A stretch of DNA of 64,000 nt from the NCBI GenBank assembly GCA_035627655.1, contig DASPLI010000001.1, positions 195,355 through 259,354 of the forward strand, read 5' to 3'. The position numbers were made by a program, and so were the translations under genes. The notes beneath the pieces are model-generated. The model saw only the letters and a program-made list of their open reading frames with translations. It was not told where the DNA came from and did not search any database. Within the stretch, counting starts at the first letter, position 1. Every line of letters starts with the position of its first letter. The stretch comes from Minisyncoccota bacterium. GTDB taxonomy: Bacteria > Patescibacteriota > Minisyncoccia > Phycocordibacterales > Phycocordibacteraceae. This document shows positions 8,282 through 17,544 of this stretch, one piece after another.

Positions 8282-10539
8282 ATGCCGTAGAAGTTACGGA
8301 ACTTTGCCCGCTCACCATTACCAAGGTTACTCAAATGAGTCTCAAGTGCGCGGCGCCGTGGATCGCCCGGAGGCCTATTTGCAATTGATCGAACATGGTT
8401 AACCACTGTCTGTTTCGGTGGTCCCGTAATCTGATCTTGAACCGCAACTTGTACAAAGTCTGCTGGCTTAAGGCTCGGCAAGACATTCTGATGCGCAAGC
8501 GTTGACGCTGGAAGCTTAGCGCGTGAAGTGGGTGACATTTGTGCCAAGGTTGCAGCAGCTGCTTGTGGCGAGCCAAAGCGCCCACCCTGCTCAGTACCAG
8601 TTCGCAGATTCTTAAGTTTTTGTACGGTACCGCCGCCAAAGTCTGGGTGCTTGATGATTTCTGCAAATTGATCATCGCTGACCATATGCATGAGCTGGTT
8701 ACGTGTATCTGGCTTATCGAGCAGGCCAGCGCTGACAAGGTCTTCGACATCTTTCTCACGGATCGCTTTAGCATTACCGTCTCTGACCAGTCTCCTAATG
8801 CCGCCGTAGCGTTCCTTCTTCATGACTTCCTTCGCCGCCCCGTTCAGCTCCTTGTCTTCCATAAGACTCTTGAACTTCGACGACTTCATGAGAGTTGCGG
8901 CCTGCTTGAGATCGGACTCACTTGCCTTGCCGAGCGTTGCGCGCAGTTCGTCAGGCTTCATCTTGCGTAGTGCAACCTCAAGTTTGTCAGAATCACCGTC
9001 TCGAGCATCGCTAAAGGCCTTGCGAAGTTCAAGTCGGTTCTCAACTGACTCCATGCGCTCTCCGTGTTCGGCGCGACTTTCAGCACCCACGTTATCGCGG
9101 ATGTTCTGCCACAGGGTCTTCCCTTCCTGGGCCTTATCAAGGCGACGCATTTCTTCTCGGCGCGACTTGCTTTCCGCTGCACGCTTCGAGTAGCTGTCCA
9201 TGCCCGTACCTGGAACCGTAATATTCTGCGCACCCTGGAGCGTGCCGCGTATCGCGCTATCAACTGCGCTGCCGCCTGCCGCGCCAACCAAGAAGCGAAG
9301 CGGTGCCGGCGTAACTCGACGCCAGAAGCGGGACTGTTGGTTGTACACCTTGCCCATCGCATTTGCGCCAGCACCAAGCGGATAGAGCACCGGACTTGCT
9401 GAAGCGGTGCCGATAAACTTCATCGCGCGGCTTACAACGGCCTGTGAGCCAAAGAGACTTAGATAGTTTGCTGCCTGGAGCGCGGCAAGCATGAAACCGA
9501 CGGTGACGGCGAACATGACGAAGATAGAACCAACATTCGCATTGGTGTTGGTGAGCACCTGGAGAATGTTCTGGTCGCCGACGAAGCTGGCGCGAAGACC
9601 ATCGGAAATCTTGAGACCGATCAATATAAGAAGCACGAATACCGGCGCGAAAGCCGCGTTCTGTATCAGTTTCTTCCACCAGGTTTCAGAAAAGCCCTGA
9701 AGGCCTGGAATCGCCGCTCCGGCAAGGCCAATCGGTGACGTGATCATGAGCAGCATGAGCGCGATAGCGCGCGAGATGAGCATGATGGCGCCTGCGACCA
9801 GTACGCCGATCATGACGATCACGAACACGAGAAGCGCGAACGCAAGCACAATTCCCTTCATTTCTCGTCCTTGCAGCGCTCCGAAGAACTCAGCAACGCT
9901 CTGATCCCCGTTGAGCATTCCTGAAAGGCCGCTCGTTTGGAAAACTGCCGCCGCAATTCCCTGGTCCTGACAGGTCTCGGTGTTCGTTGAGTTTGAACAG
10001 TCGACATTCGTTGCCTGTTCGTAGACGGTTGAGCCGAGTGCGTTTGCAACATCGATAACCGCCTCTGCAGCAAAGAGGCTGAAGTTCAACAGCACCGCAA
10101 AGATGATGAGTGTTGGGAGTGTCCTGCCGGCATCATGCTTGTCGACGCGAAGAATGGTCTGAATGCCGATGTAGATGAAGCCAAAGAGGAGCGCCATGTT
10201 CGCAAGGTCGCGAAGAATGCCCCAGGCAAGCAAGAGGCCGCTTGAGTTGCCGAAGTAATCGGAAAAGCGGAAGACGGTGACATTCACCACCCAGTTGAAG
10301 AACATGCCGATCCAGCCCAAGAGGAAGTTGAATGCTTCGACAAACAACAGCAAAAGTCCCGCAACCAACCCGGCAAGTCCGGCCCCCAGAGCGTTCATGA
10401 TTTCCTGCCCTACGTCGATTGCGTGCGCAGCAGGAGAGAACGCCGTCATGCCGACGATAACAAAAAGAAGCAGCACTCCGCTCTTAAGGAGCGTGCCGCG
10501 CGCAAGGGAACGTTTCGCTATATGCCAAAGGGACTGCAT
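8278..10539 (-). CDS. VirB6/TrbL-like polytopic membrane protein with large hydrophilic C-terminal domain
   Basis: 753 aa. Signal/TM, then at least six TM helices in the first 370 aa, then a charged soluble domain. Size and topology are typical of VirB6-like proteins of Gram-positive and candidate-phyla T4SS. Confidence 0.5.
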   Translation of the reverse strand: MQSLWHIAKRSLARGTLLKSGVLLLFVIVGMTAFSPAAHAIDVGQEIMNALGAGLAGLVAGLLLLFVEAFNFLLGWIGMFFNWVVNVTVFRFSDYFGNSSGLLLAWGILRDLANMALLFGFIYIGIQTILRVDKHDAGRTLPTLIIFAVLLNFSLFAAEAVIDVANALGSTVYEQATNVDCSNSTNTETCQDQGIAAAVFQTSGLSGMLNGDQSVAEFFGALQGREMKGIVLAFALLVFVIVMIGVLVAGAIMLISRAIALMLLMITSPIGLAGAAIPGLQGFSETWWKKLIQNAAFAPVFVLLILIGLKISDGLRASFVGDQNILQVLTNTNANVGSIFVMFAVTVGFMLAALQAANYLSLFGSQAVVSRAMKFIGTASASPVLYPLGAGANAMGKVYNQQSRFWRRVTPAPLRFLVGAAGGSAVDSAIRGTLQGAQNITVPGTGMDSYSKRAAESKSRREEMRRLDKAQEGKTLWQNIRDNVGAESRAEHGERMESVENRLELRKAFSDARDGDSDKLEVALRKMKPDELRATLGKASESDLKQAATLMKSSKFKSLMEDKELNGAAKEVMKKERYGGIRRLVRDGNAKAIREKDVEDLVSAGLLDKPDTRNQLMHMVSDDQFAEIIKHPDFGGGTVQKLKNLRTGTEQGGRFGSPQAAAATLAQMSPTSRAKLPASTLAHQNVLPSLKPADFVQVAVQDQITGPPKQTVVNHVRSIANRPPGDPRRRALETHLSNLGNGERAKFRNFYGI

Positions 10540-11981
10540 TGTCGTTGTAGCTGGTTCATCTCCATGACCAGGCTTGGCGAAGCGCCATCGGTATCAAAGT
10601 CTCGGCTCTCGTTTGCCGCCTCCGCTATCTCCTGTCCTGTTGGGAGGGAGTTCGAAGCGACAAACTGTTCGTATTCCTGGAATCCGATTCGTATCTGTTC
10701 AGTTGCGTTTGGACCGGTCGTGCTCAACTTTGCTTTTATTTCATTCAACCGAGTGATCGCTGCCTGACCCTTTGCAATTCCCGCGTCCGCCCGCGCGATC
10801 GCGTCTGCAATCTTTGCGTCGCGTGCGGCGTCTGCGCTCCTGCGGTCGCACATTTCCTTTGCGGCAAGCGCTGCGGAACGGATGGTCTGCCAGTCGCTCA
10901 CAAACTCTTCCAGGCGATTGATCTGTCCATTGATAATGTTGATGGTATTGCTTGCGACACTGGTACCCTGTCCGGCATTTCCTCCCGTCGCGTCATCAAG
11001 TGGCGAGGTGCCGCTATTACCGGGGCGTGAGGTGCCGGCAAGACCACCGTCTTCAAACATCTGATTCATCAACTGAGTCAGAAGACCGACGAGCACTTCA
11101 TCAAGCTCGTCCGCGCTGATCAAGGATTCAATATCGGCTCCTGTCACCTCGGTAAGTCGGTCAATTGCGATCGAACCGAGCGTCGTTGTCTCACAATCGG
11201 CAGAGCCGCCAGGAGGAGACTGAGTCAACTCCGTCTCCCCTTCTCCTTCTGCAGCGCCGCCAGTAGCCGGCTCTTCTGGTTCCGAGCATGGCGAGAACAA
11301 GCCGCGCGACCAATCAAGCTGTGTGCGGCGCGAGTCCTCTGCCGATCCAACGCGCCTGCCAAGCTCGCTTTCCGTGGTTCGAAATGCACCGAAGAAGTTG
11401 TTTTGACTATCACCCCATGCCGCTACCCAAGCACGCAGTCCGCCGCGATCCTGTCCGAACCCCTGGGTCAGGAACGCTTCAGCATCAATTGCTGTCTCAT
11501 CAAGCGTAAAGCGGTTATTTATGAAGAATGAGTTTTGTGCCGTGCGGCGGCGGTAGCTATCGCGAATACTATCGATCAAACGGTCGCGAAACGGCGAGGT
11601 GATAGCGCCCTCCGCACCAAGTTCCCCGAGAAAGTCGTCAGCAACTTGATCTGCCAGTAGCTGGAGATCGCGTCGGAGGTTGGTCACGAATGCTGGAGAG
11701 CCGTCAAAGCCCGAATTCATCCAGTTGATGGTGGTCTTTGCGACTGATTCGATAGCCCGCTGCGCGGCCATGCGCGCAAGTGGGTCGAGCACGAACTCCT
11801 TTACCGTAATCTGCTCGTCAAAGATCGCAGAAAGCGTGTTTTGAATAGTGTTTGCAAAGTCGGCAACGGCCCACTGCGCCTTCGCTTCGCGCGGAGCAAG
11901 TGCGCTTCCTGAAAGAACGAGCACAGCAAGAACGAGCGTCGCGGCGATTTTTCGCACGATGCTGTTTGGGTTGTTGTGCAT
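10518..11981 (-). CDS. hypothetical secreted protein
   Basis: Signal peptide (LAVLVLSGSALAPREAKA). 487 aa with an acidic, coiled-coil-like C-terminal region. Confidence 0.45.
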   Translation of the reverse strand: MHNNPNSIVRKIAATLVLAVLVLSGSALAPREAKAQWAVADFANTIQNTLSAIFDEQITVKEFVLDPLARMAAQRAIESVAKTTINWMNSGFDGSPAFVTNLRRDLQLLADQVADDFLGELGAEGAITSPFRDRLIDSIRDSYRRRTAQNSFFINNRFTLDETAIDAEAFLTQGFGQDRGGLRAWVAAWGDSQNNFFGAFRTTESELGRRVGSAEDSRRTQLDWSRGLFSPCSEPEEPATGGAAEGEGETELTQSPPGGSADCETTTLGSIAIDRLTEVTGADIESLISADELDEVLVGLLTQLMNQMFEDGGLAGTSRPGNSGTSPLDDATGGNAGQGTSVASNTINIINGQINRLEEFVSDWQTIRSAALAAKEMCDRRSADAARDAKIADAIARADAGIAKGQAAITRLNEIKAKLSTTGPNATEQIRIGFQEYEQFVASNSLPTGQEIAEAANESRDFDTDGASPSLVMEMNQLQRQCSPFGI

Positions 11982-11983
11982 GG

Positions 11984-12979
11984 CTACTCAGGTAGAGCGG
12001 CTGTTCGCTCGATGATCACGTAGAACTGGTAGCCCGGTTCCCCTTCCTGTAGCTGAATGCCCGCAGCCTGCAAGCTCGGGTACAAGCCAGCAAATGCTGC
12101 TGCCATATCGCGGGTAGCTTCCGTATAGGCGTCAAAGCCCACGAAGCCGCGCAGCGGGTCGGTATCAAACGTACCCATGTCACCGATGGTTGCGCCAACC
12201 GTTGCAACGGCGTTTACCATTGCGAGATGTTCTGATGAGATGCTTTGCGGTACTGCAACGCGCGACAATGCAAGCGCAATACGCTCGTATGCCTTCGCGG
12301 ATGCACGCACAGCAGCAAGCGCCGCCGCATCGTCTTTCTGGACCGCATCGGCAAAACTGTAGAGTTCGCTTCGCGCGCCCATCAGCGAGTTGGCGTTGAT
12401 CGCCGCTTCTCCAGCAATCAGGTAAGTCGTGAGCGCCTCAGTGCTATCGGGCACAATCGTCAGTTCCTCGTCGGCATACAAAGCGGCACGGGTCGCCTCA
12501 AGATCGTCGATCGCTTCCTGAATAAAGGCGAGCATAGCCTCTTCGGTCGGCGCCTCCGGACCGCGAGACGTGAGATAGGAACCGAAGAAGTCGCGAGCGA
12601 ATCGACCGGTCATCGTTTCCGGCTTTGCGTCGACTCCCGGAAGATCAAAATCCGTAGAGGGTTCGGGTTTTTCAGATTCAAACCGCGGTTTTATCAACCC
12701 TGCCTCGACCGCTGCCTTGTCGGTCATGCTCGGATCAATAGAGTGCGGATTGCGAGGATCGGAACCGTAGAGGTCTTCCTGCCAGTCAGGGAGCAGGTCG
12801 GCATCGGTGTCTTTGGTTGCGTAGGCGCGAAGCAGCTCTTCCGTTGAGGTTGCACTTGCTGTTGGGAAGCGTGCCGTGCCGGAGAGAAAGAAGGCAGTGA
12901 TGATGCAGAAAGCCGCTATAGCGAGCGAAATAAGGATGCTGACTCTCCGGGTAGAAAACTGCATACTAGTCAAGGACAT
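11984..12979 (-). CDS. hypothetical membrane-anchored surface protein
   Basis: N-terminal TM (ILISLAIAAFCIITAFFL). Contains a motif DTDADLLPDWQEDLYGSDPRNPHSIDP resembling a calcium-binding TSP3/dockerin-like repeat. Confidence 0.45.
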   Translation of the reverse strand: MSLTSMQFSTRRVSILISLAIAAFCIITAFFLSGTARFPTASATSTEELLRAYATKDTDADLLPDWQEDLYGSDPRNPHSIDPSMTDKAAVEAGLIKPRFESEKPEPSTDFDLPGVDAKPETMTGRFARDFFGSYLTSRGPEAPTEEAMLAFIQEAIDDLEATRAALYADEELTIVPDSTEALTTYLIAGEAAINANSLMGARSELYSFADAVQKDDAAALAAVRASAKAYERIALALSRVAVPQSISSEHLAMVNAVATVGATIGDMGTFDTDPLRGFVGFDAYTEATRDMAAAFAGLYPSLQAAGIQLQEGEPGYQFYVIIERTAALPE

Positions 12980-13018
12980 ACTAGCATGTGCTTCACACTC
13001 CTCTCACCTATCTGTGCA

Positions 13019-13798
13019 TTAGTTTTTGAGCATTTGCGCGAGTAATCGCCACGTTTCTATAGAAAGGTCTTCAGCTCGAGCTTTTTCCTTTATTTGTGCG
13101 CGGGCAAACGCAGCAAGGAGCGCGGTTCGGGACGCCACCTCTTCCAAATTCTTCATGAGGAGTTTCCGCTTATGAGCAAATCCAGCTCGTAAAACCTTGA
13201 AAAACCATTCTTCTGCTTCATGATCGGGAAAGGCGTCATCATGAACATCCTGCACCGAAAGTACAGCTGAATCGACCTTTGGTGCCGGTCGAAACGCGCC
13301 CCGGGGAACGGTGAACTGATAGCGGGGCGTTCCATATGCCTTGATGGCAAGTGACAACAGGCTCTCTTTCTTACTTCGTGCGATACGTATCGCCACCTCC
13401 TTTTGGATAAGAAAGGTCAACGAACGGGGTTTGTGCGTTGCCGTGAGGAACTGGCGAAAGAGCTCTCCGGTTATGTAGTACGGAATATTTGCGACGAGAT
13501 GGTACGGCTCCCCGATAGAGGCGGGGTCAAAGGTGCGGACGTCTCCCGCGATCAGTTCGAGACGTCCAGACGTTAGTTCGGGGGCAAAGGCCGCCTGAAG
13601 TACCGGTATAAGATCCTGATCCGCCTCAACGGCAATTACCCGGCGCGCCTTCTGCAACAGCGCGCGTGTCAAAAGCCCGGTACCCGGGCCAATTTCAAGT
13701 ACAGTATCGCGCTCCCCTACGCCGGACGCCGCAACAATCCGTTCGGCGGTAGCGGCATGCATAAGGAAGTTCTGTCCGAGCGATTGCTTTGCACGCAT
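13019..13798 (-). CDS. rsmA: 16S rRNA (adenine1518/1519-N6)-dimethyltransferase RsmA/KsgA
   Basis: MRAKQSLGQNFL...LEIGPGTGLLT SAM-binding motif...NIPY. Start trimmed from the longer six-frame ORF to the Met preceding KQSLGQNF. Confidence 0.8.
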   Translation of the reverse strand: MRAKQSLGQNFLMHAATAERIVAASGVGERDTVLEIGPGTGLLTRALLQKARRVIAVEADQDLIPVLQAAFAPELTSGRLELIAGDVRTFDPASIGEPYHLVANIPYYITGELFRQFLTATHKPRSLTFLIQKEVAIRIARSKKESLLSLAIKAYGTPRYQFTVPRGAFRPAPKVDSAVLSVQDVHDDAFPDHEAEEWFFKVLRAGFAHKRKLLMKNLEEVASRTALLAAFARAQIKEKARAEDLSIETWRLLAQMLKN

Positions 13799-13844
13799 AG
13801 CACAGGTGTAGCATGTTTGTGCCACTCGGTATACTACAAGGATC

Positions 13845-15470
13845 ATGCTTGAAGCCGTACTTGCTGCCATGGAGCGCACGAAGCTCACGGTCGCCAGTAT
13901 TCTCGTCGGCGTCGGTCTCGTCTCCTTCATACGCTCCATGCTTGAAGCGCTCGAAGCGCCGACGACGACCGGCTATTTTCCGCTCGACCCGTTTACGCTC
14001 GTACATTATTTCCTGTTCTATCTAGCAGCGTACCTGCTGCTTGCGCTGGTGCTTACCTCCTTCGTCGAGAAACGTAACGCAGCTGCCGCTGCACTTCTCG
14101 CAGGGTTGCCGCTTCTTTGGCTGCCGCCCATCATTGATTTTGTCGTTTCTGGCGGCTCGGGATTCCGCATGACGTATCTGTTCGTCGAGCCGGCACAGCT
14201 TTTGCTGGCGTTCCTTACCTTTGGCGGACCGCTTTCTGATACCGGAGTAACCATCGGCATACGTGTTGAGTTTGTACTTGCTCTACTTTTTGTCGGCTAC
14301 TACGTGTACCGCGCAACGCGGAGCATTGCCCGAGGCCTCGTGGCAGCGGTAAGCGCATATATCGTTATGTTCGCGCTCGTCGCGCTCCCGAGCATTCTGT
14401 ATGGCGTATATCTGCTTCTGCCTGGCGCAGCAAGCATCGGACCCGTCGCGTTTCTTGCCGAAGCCTTACGGTCATCTGCCGTTGATACAAACGCGCTTCC
14501 AGCCGTGTTTGCGACAACAACAGCGCTTGTGGCCTTTGAACTTGGCTTTAATAAGGTGCTTTCTCTTCTGTGCGCAGTGTTGATTGCTGTTGCCGCTCCC
14601 CTGCTCGCGCTTCGTCTTGCGCCTGGAGCTGTTGGAGCGCATTTCGCGAACTCTCGTCCTACGCGCGTCCTTAACTACGTGGCGCTGCTTGCCATCGGGG
14701 CGCTCGCTGCGCTTAAGGCGGGAGTCCTTCCTGGTTGGCTCGACGTGTTTGCTGGGCTCGTGCTGGTCCTTTCTTGGTATGCAGCATGGATGTTTGCGGT
14801 GTGCGTCAACGACATTGCGGACGAAGACATTGATCGCATCTCAAGTCCGGAACGTCCACTTATTTCAAATACGCTTTCGCGAGCGTCTCTGAACGAGAGC
14901 GGCTATGCGTTTCTTACTTTCTCGCTCCTTGGCGCGTGGAGTGTCGGTTACTACCCCTTTATCTTCTTACTCGCTTTTACCGCTGCGTATTACGTGTACT
15001 CCGCTCCGCCGTTGCGATTGAAGCGCGTTCCCGGGCTCGCTTCTGCATTGATCGCGCTCGCTTCCCTCTTCACTGTGCTTGCTGGCTGGTTCTTGCTTGC
15101 GACCGGACCGCATGACGTACTTTCCCCGCTTGTATTTGCCGGCTTCGTCATTTGCTTTGCGCTTGGAGTAAACGTGCGCGACCTAAAGGATATCGACGGG
15201 GACGCAGCCGCAGGAATCGCGACCTTACCTACCATTATTAGTAAGCGCTTCGGCCGTCAGGCGGCGTTCCATATAACGGGAGCGGTGCTAGCCCTCGCAT
15301 TCTTGCTGACACCGCTCTTCTTTCCGGTACGAAACCTGCTCTTAGCAGCGGTTCCTGTTGCGGTCTTTGCGTATCTCGCCTGTATACGAAAACCCTACCA
15401 AGAACACCTGGTAGCGTTGGTCTGCTTCATTTTCTTCATTAGCTCCCTCTTCTTGTATATCGACGGCTAG
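13845..15470 (+). CDS. UbiA-family prenyltransferase with additional N-terminal polytopic membrane domain
   Basis: First Asp-rich motif NDIADEDIDR and second Asp-rich motif DLKDIDGD lie in the C-terminal half. About 240 extra N-terminal residues contain at least six TM helices. Confidence 0.65.
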   Translation: MLEAVLAAMERTKLTVASILVGVGLVSFIRSMLEALEAPTTTGYFPLDPFTLVHYFLFYLAAYLLLALVLTSFVEKRNAAAAALLAGLPLLWLPPIIDFVVSGGSGFRMTYLFVEPAQLLLAFLTFGGPLSDTGVTIGIRVEFVLALLFVGYYVYRATRSIARGLVAAVSAYIVMFALVALPSILYGVYLLLPGAASIGPVAFLAEALRSSAVDTNALPAVFATTTALVAFELGFNKVLSLLCAVLIAVAAPLLALRLAPGAVGAHFANSRPTRVLNYVALLAIGALAALKAGVLPGWLDVFAGLVLVLSWYAAWMFAVCVNDIADEDIDRISSPERPLISNTLSRASLNESGYAFLTFSLLGAWSVGYYPFIFLLAFTAAYYVYSAPPLRLKRVPGLASALIALASLFTVLAGWFLLATGPHDVLSPLVFAGFVICFALGVNVRDLKDIDGDAAAGIATLPTIISKRFGRQAAFHITGAVLALAFLLTPLFFPVRNLLLAAVPVAVFAYLACIRKPYQEHLVALVCFIFFISSLFLYIDG

Positions 15471-17473
15471 GCCTCAATCACATCCTCTTCCTCGACGGGG
15501 TGTGCGTACGCAATGAGGGAGGCGTCTATATCGCGAAGGAATTGCGATGGTTCCTGCAGGTAGTCAGTGCCGTAGATGCGTCGTATGCGTGCGAAGGTGA
15601 GGTAAAGGCGATCCTTTGCGCGCGTCATGGCGACATAGAAGAGACGGCGCTCTTCTTCCTCGTCGCGCTCCTCTTCGTTCATTCCTTCGTGCGGGAAGAG
15701 TCCTTCTTCAAGGCCGGTAACGAAGACGGCATCAAACTCAAGTCCCTTGGCCGCATGCACGGTCATCAGGGTTACCCCTTTCGTGTCTTTCTTGCGATCA
15801 AGTTCGTCTTGGTCTCCGGCAAGCGCGGCGTCTGCAAGAAATGCCGCGATACCCTCTTGTCCCGGTGTTTCGTCATGTCGGCTTGCAAGCGTGGCAAGTT
15901 CTTTCGCGTTCTCCAGGCGTTCAAGATCGTCGTCGGCACCCTTTTCGTACGCGGCGCGCATGCCACTTGATTCAATGACAAGACGTACAAATTCAGATGG
16001 CGACAACGTCAGGGATGCTTGGTTGAGCGAAGCAACTACGGACTCAAATGCCTCAACCTTAGTGCGTTCGGCAGGCTTCAGCTCGTCGCGCTTCCCTGCC
16101 GTAAGTTTCCCGAGGGTTACTTTTCCAATGCCGCGAGCGGGCGCCTGGACTGCCCGGATGCGGTCTGCTTCGCGTGAGGGGTCCAGAGCAAGCCGCACCC
16201 AGGCGATGACGTCCTTTACTTCTTTGCGGTCGTAGAACTGTGTGCCCAACAGCCGATACGGCACGCGTTCCTGGAGAAACGCCTCTTCAAGCACGCGTGA
16301 CTGGAAGTTCGTTCGGTAGAGGACGGCGATGGATTCTGGCGCAAGGCCGGTGCGGATGAGGCGCGCCGCTTCGGTTGCTACAAAGCGCGCTTCCATTTCG
16401 GCGCTGTCTGCCATGTGGATGCGGATTGGCTCGCCATCATCATTATCCGTAACCGAACGCTTCTCTTTGCGGTTGCGGTTGAGTTCAATTATCTGGTTGG
16501 CCGCACTCACGATATTTTTCGTAGAACGGTAGTTGTGCTCGAGCACGATCGTCTTTGCAGTCGGGTAGGTGCGGTCAAACTCAAGAAGGTTGTCGATCGT
16601 TGCCCCACGCCACGTGTAAATAGTCTGATCGATGTCGCCCACCACGAACAAGTTCTTCCGCGTGCCGGCGAGAAGGTTTGCAAGCCGTCCTTGGAGTTCG
16701 TTGGTGTCTTGGTATTCGTCGATATGGATGTAATGGAATCGGTCCTCAACGTGCTTGCGTACCTCCTCGTTTGTTTCAAGTAGTCGGACGGGCAGTAAGA
16801 TGAGATCGTCAAAGTCGAGCGCCTTCTCTGCTTTGAGCACGGCGTCGTATTTGTCCCATACATCTGCGGCGACGCGCAGGCGGAAGCTTTCTCGAGCATG
16901 CCGTTCGCGAAACTCAACTAGCGTCTGCCCTTCCGATTTTGCTTTTGAAATGCGTGAAAGGATGGCGCGCGGCGGAACTTCTTTCGGATCGATACCGAGT
17001 TCCTTGAGTGCGTTTTTGACCGCCCGTTCCGAATCATCGCGATCGAAGATGGAAAAATGCCGCGGAACACCTATCGCGGTCCCGTAAGACTCGAGCAGTT
17101 CGCGTCCAAGTCCATGGAAGGTCGCCACAAAAGGCGTCGACCCCTTTTTCCAGACGGCGACGGTCTCACCAAGGCGCTTGGAGAGCCGTTCGCGCATCTC
17201 GCGGGCTGCCTTATTTGTAAACGTAACGGCTAAAATCTTCTCCGGCGCTACTCCTTCGCGGATGAGGTGGTAGATCCGGGTCGTGAGGACCCGGGTTTTA
17301 CCAGAACCGGCTCCCGCAAGTACCGAAATCGGGCCCTCTATCGCGAGAACTGCCTCTTTTTGCCGTTCGTTTAGACCTTCAAGGTGAATCACCCCGAAAC
17401 TATAGCGCGAAACCAGGCATATCGCATAAAACGGCTTACCTAAGCCATATTTTAGCGCTATCAACATCTTCAT
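15467..17473 (-). CDS. uvrD: UvrD/PcrA-family ATP-dependent DNA helicase
   Basis: LNERQKEAV...VLAGAGSGKTRVLTTRI (motif I/Walker A), TFTNKAAREM, DEYQDTN. The exact start is uncertain; the six-frame ORF extends to 17542. Confidence 0.85.
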   Translation of the reverse strand: MKMLIALKYGLGKPFYAICLVSRYSFGVIHLEGLNERQKEAVLAIEGPISVLAGAGSGKTRVLTTRIYHLIREGVAPEKILAVTFTNKAAREMRERLSKRLGETVAVWKKGSTPFVATFHGLGRELLESYGTAIGVPRHFSIFDRDDSERAVKNALKELGIDPKEVPPRAILSRISKAKSEGQTLVEFRERHARESFRLRVAADVWDKYDAVLKAEKALDFDDLILLPVRLLETNEEVRKHVEDRFHYIHIDEYQDTNELQGRLANLLAGTRKNLFVVGDIDQTIYTWRGATIDNLLEFDRTYPTAKTIVLEHNYRSTKNIVSAANQIIELNRNRKEKRSVTDNDDGEPIRIHMADSAEMEARFVATEAARLIRTGLAPESIAVLYRTNFQSRVLEEAFLQERVPYRLLGTQFYDRKEVKDVIAWVRLALDPSREADRIRAVQAPARGIGKVTLGKLTAGKRDELKPAERTKVEAFESVVASLNQASLTLSPSEFVRLVIESSGMRAAYEKGADDDLERLENAKELATLASRHDETPGQEGIAAFLADAALAGDQDELDRKKDTKGVTLMTVHAAKGLEFDAVFVTGLEEGLFPHEGMNEEERDEEEERRLFYVAMTRAKDRLYLTFARIRRIYGTDYLQEPSQFLRDIDASLIAYAHPVEEEDVIEA

Positions 17474-17544
17474 AGAACTCCCATTGACCCCACCCGACCC
17501 CACGGTATACTCCCTGGGTCGGAAGAAATGCCAGAAACGCACGG

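Noticed and set aside
12245-12847. 200-aa + ORF
   Set aside because: Antisense to the 11984-12979 surface-protein gene. Arg-rich with no RBS.
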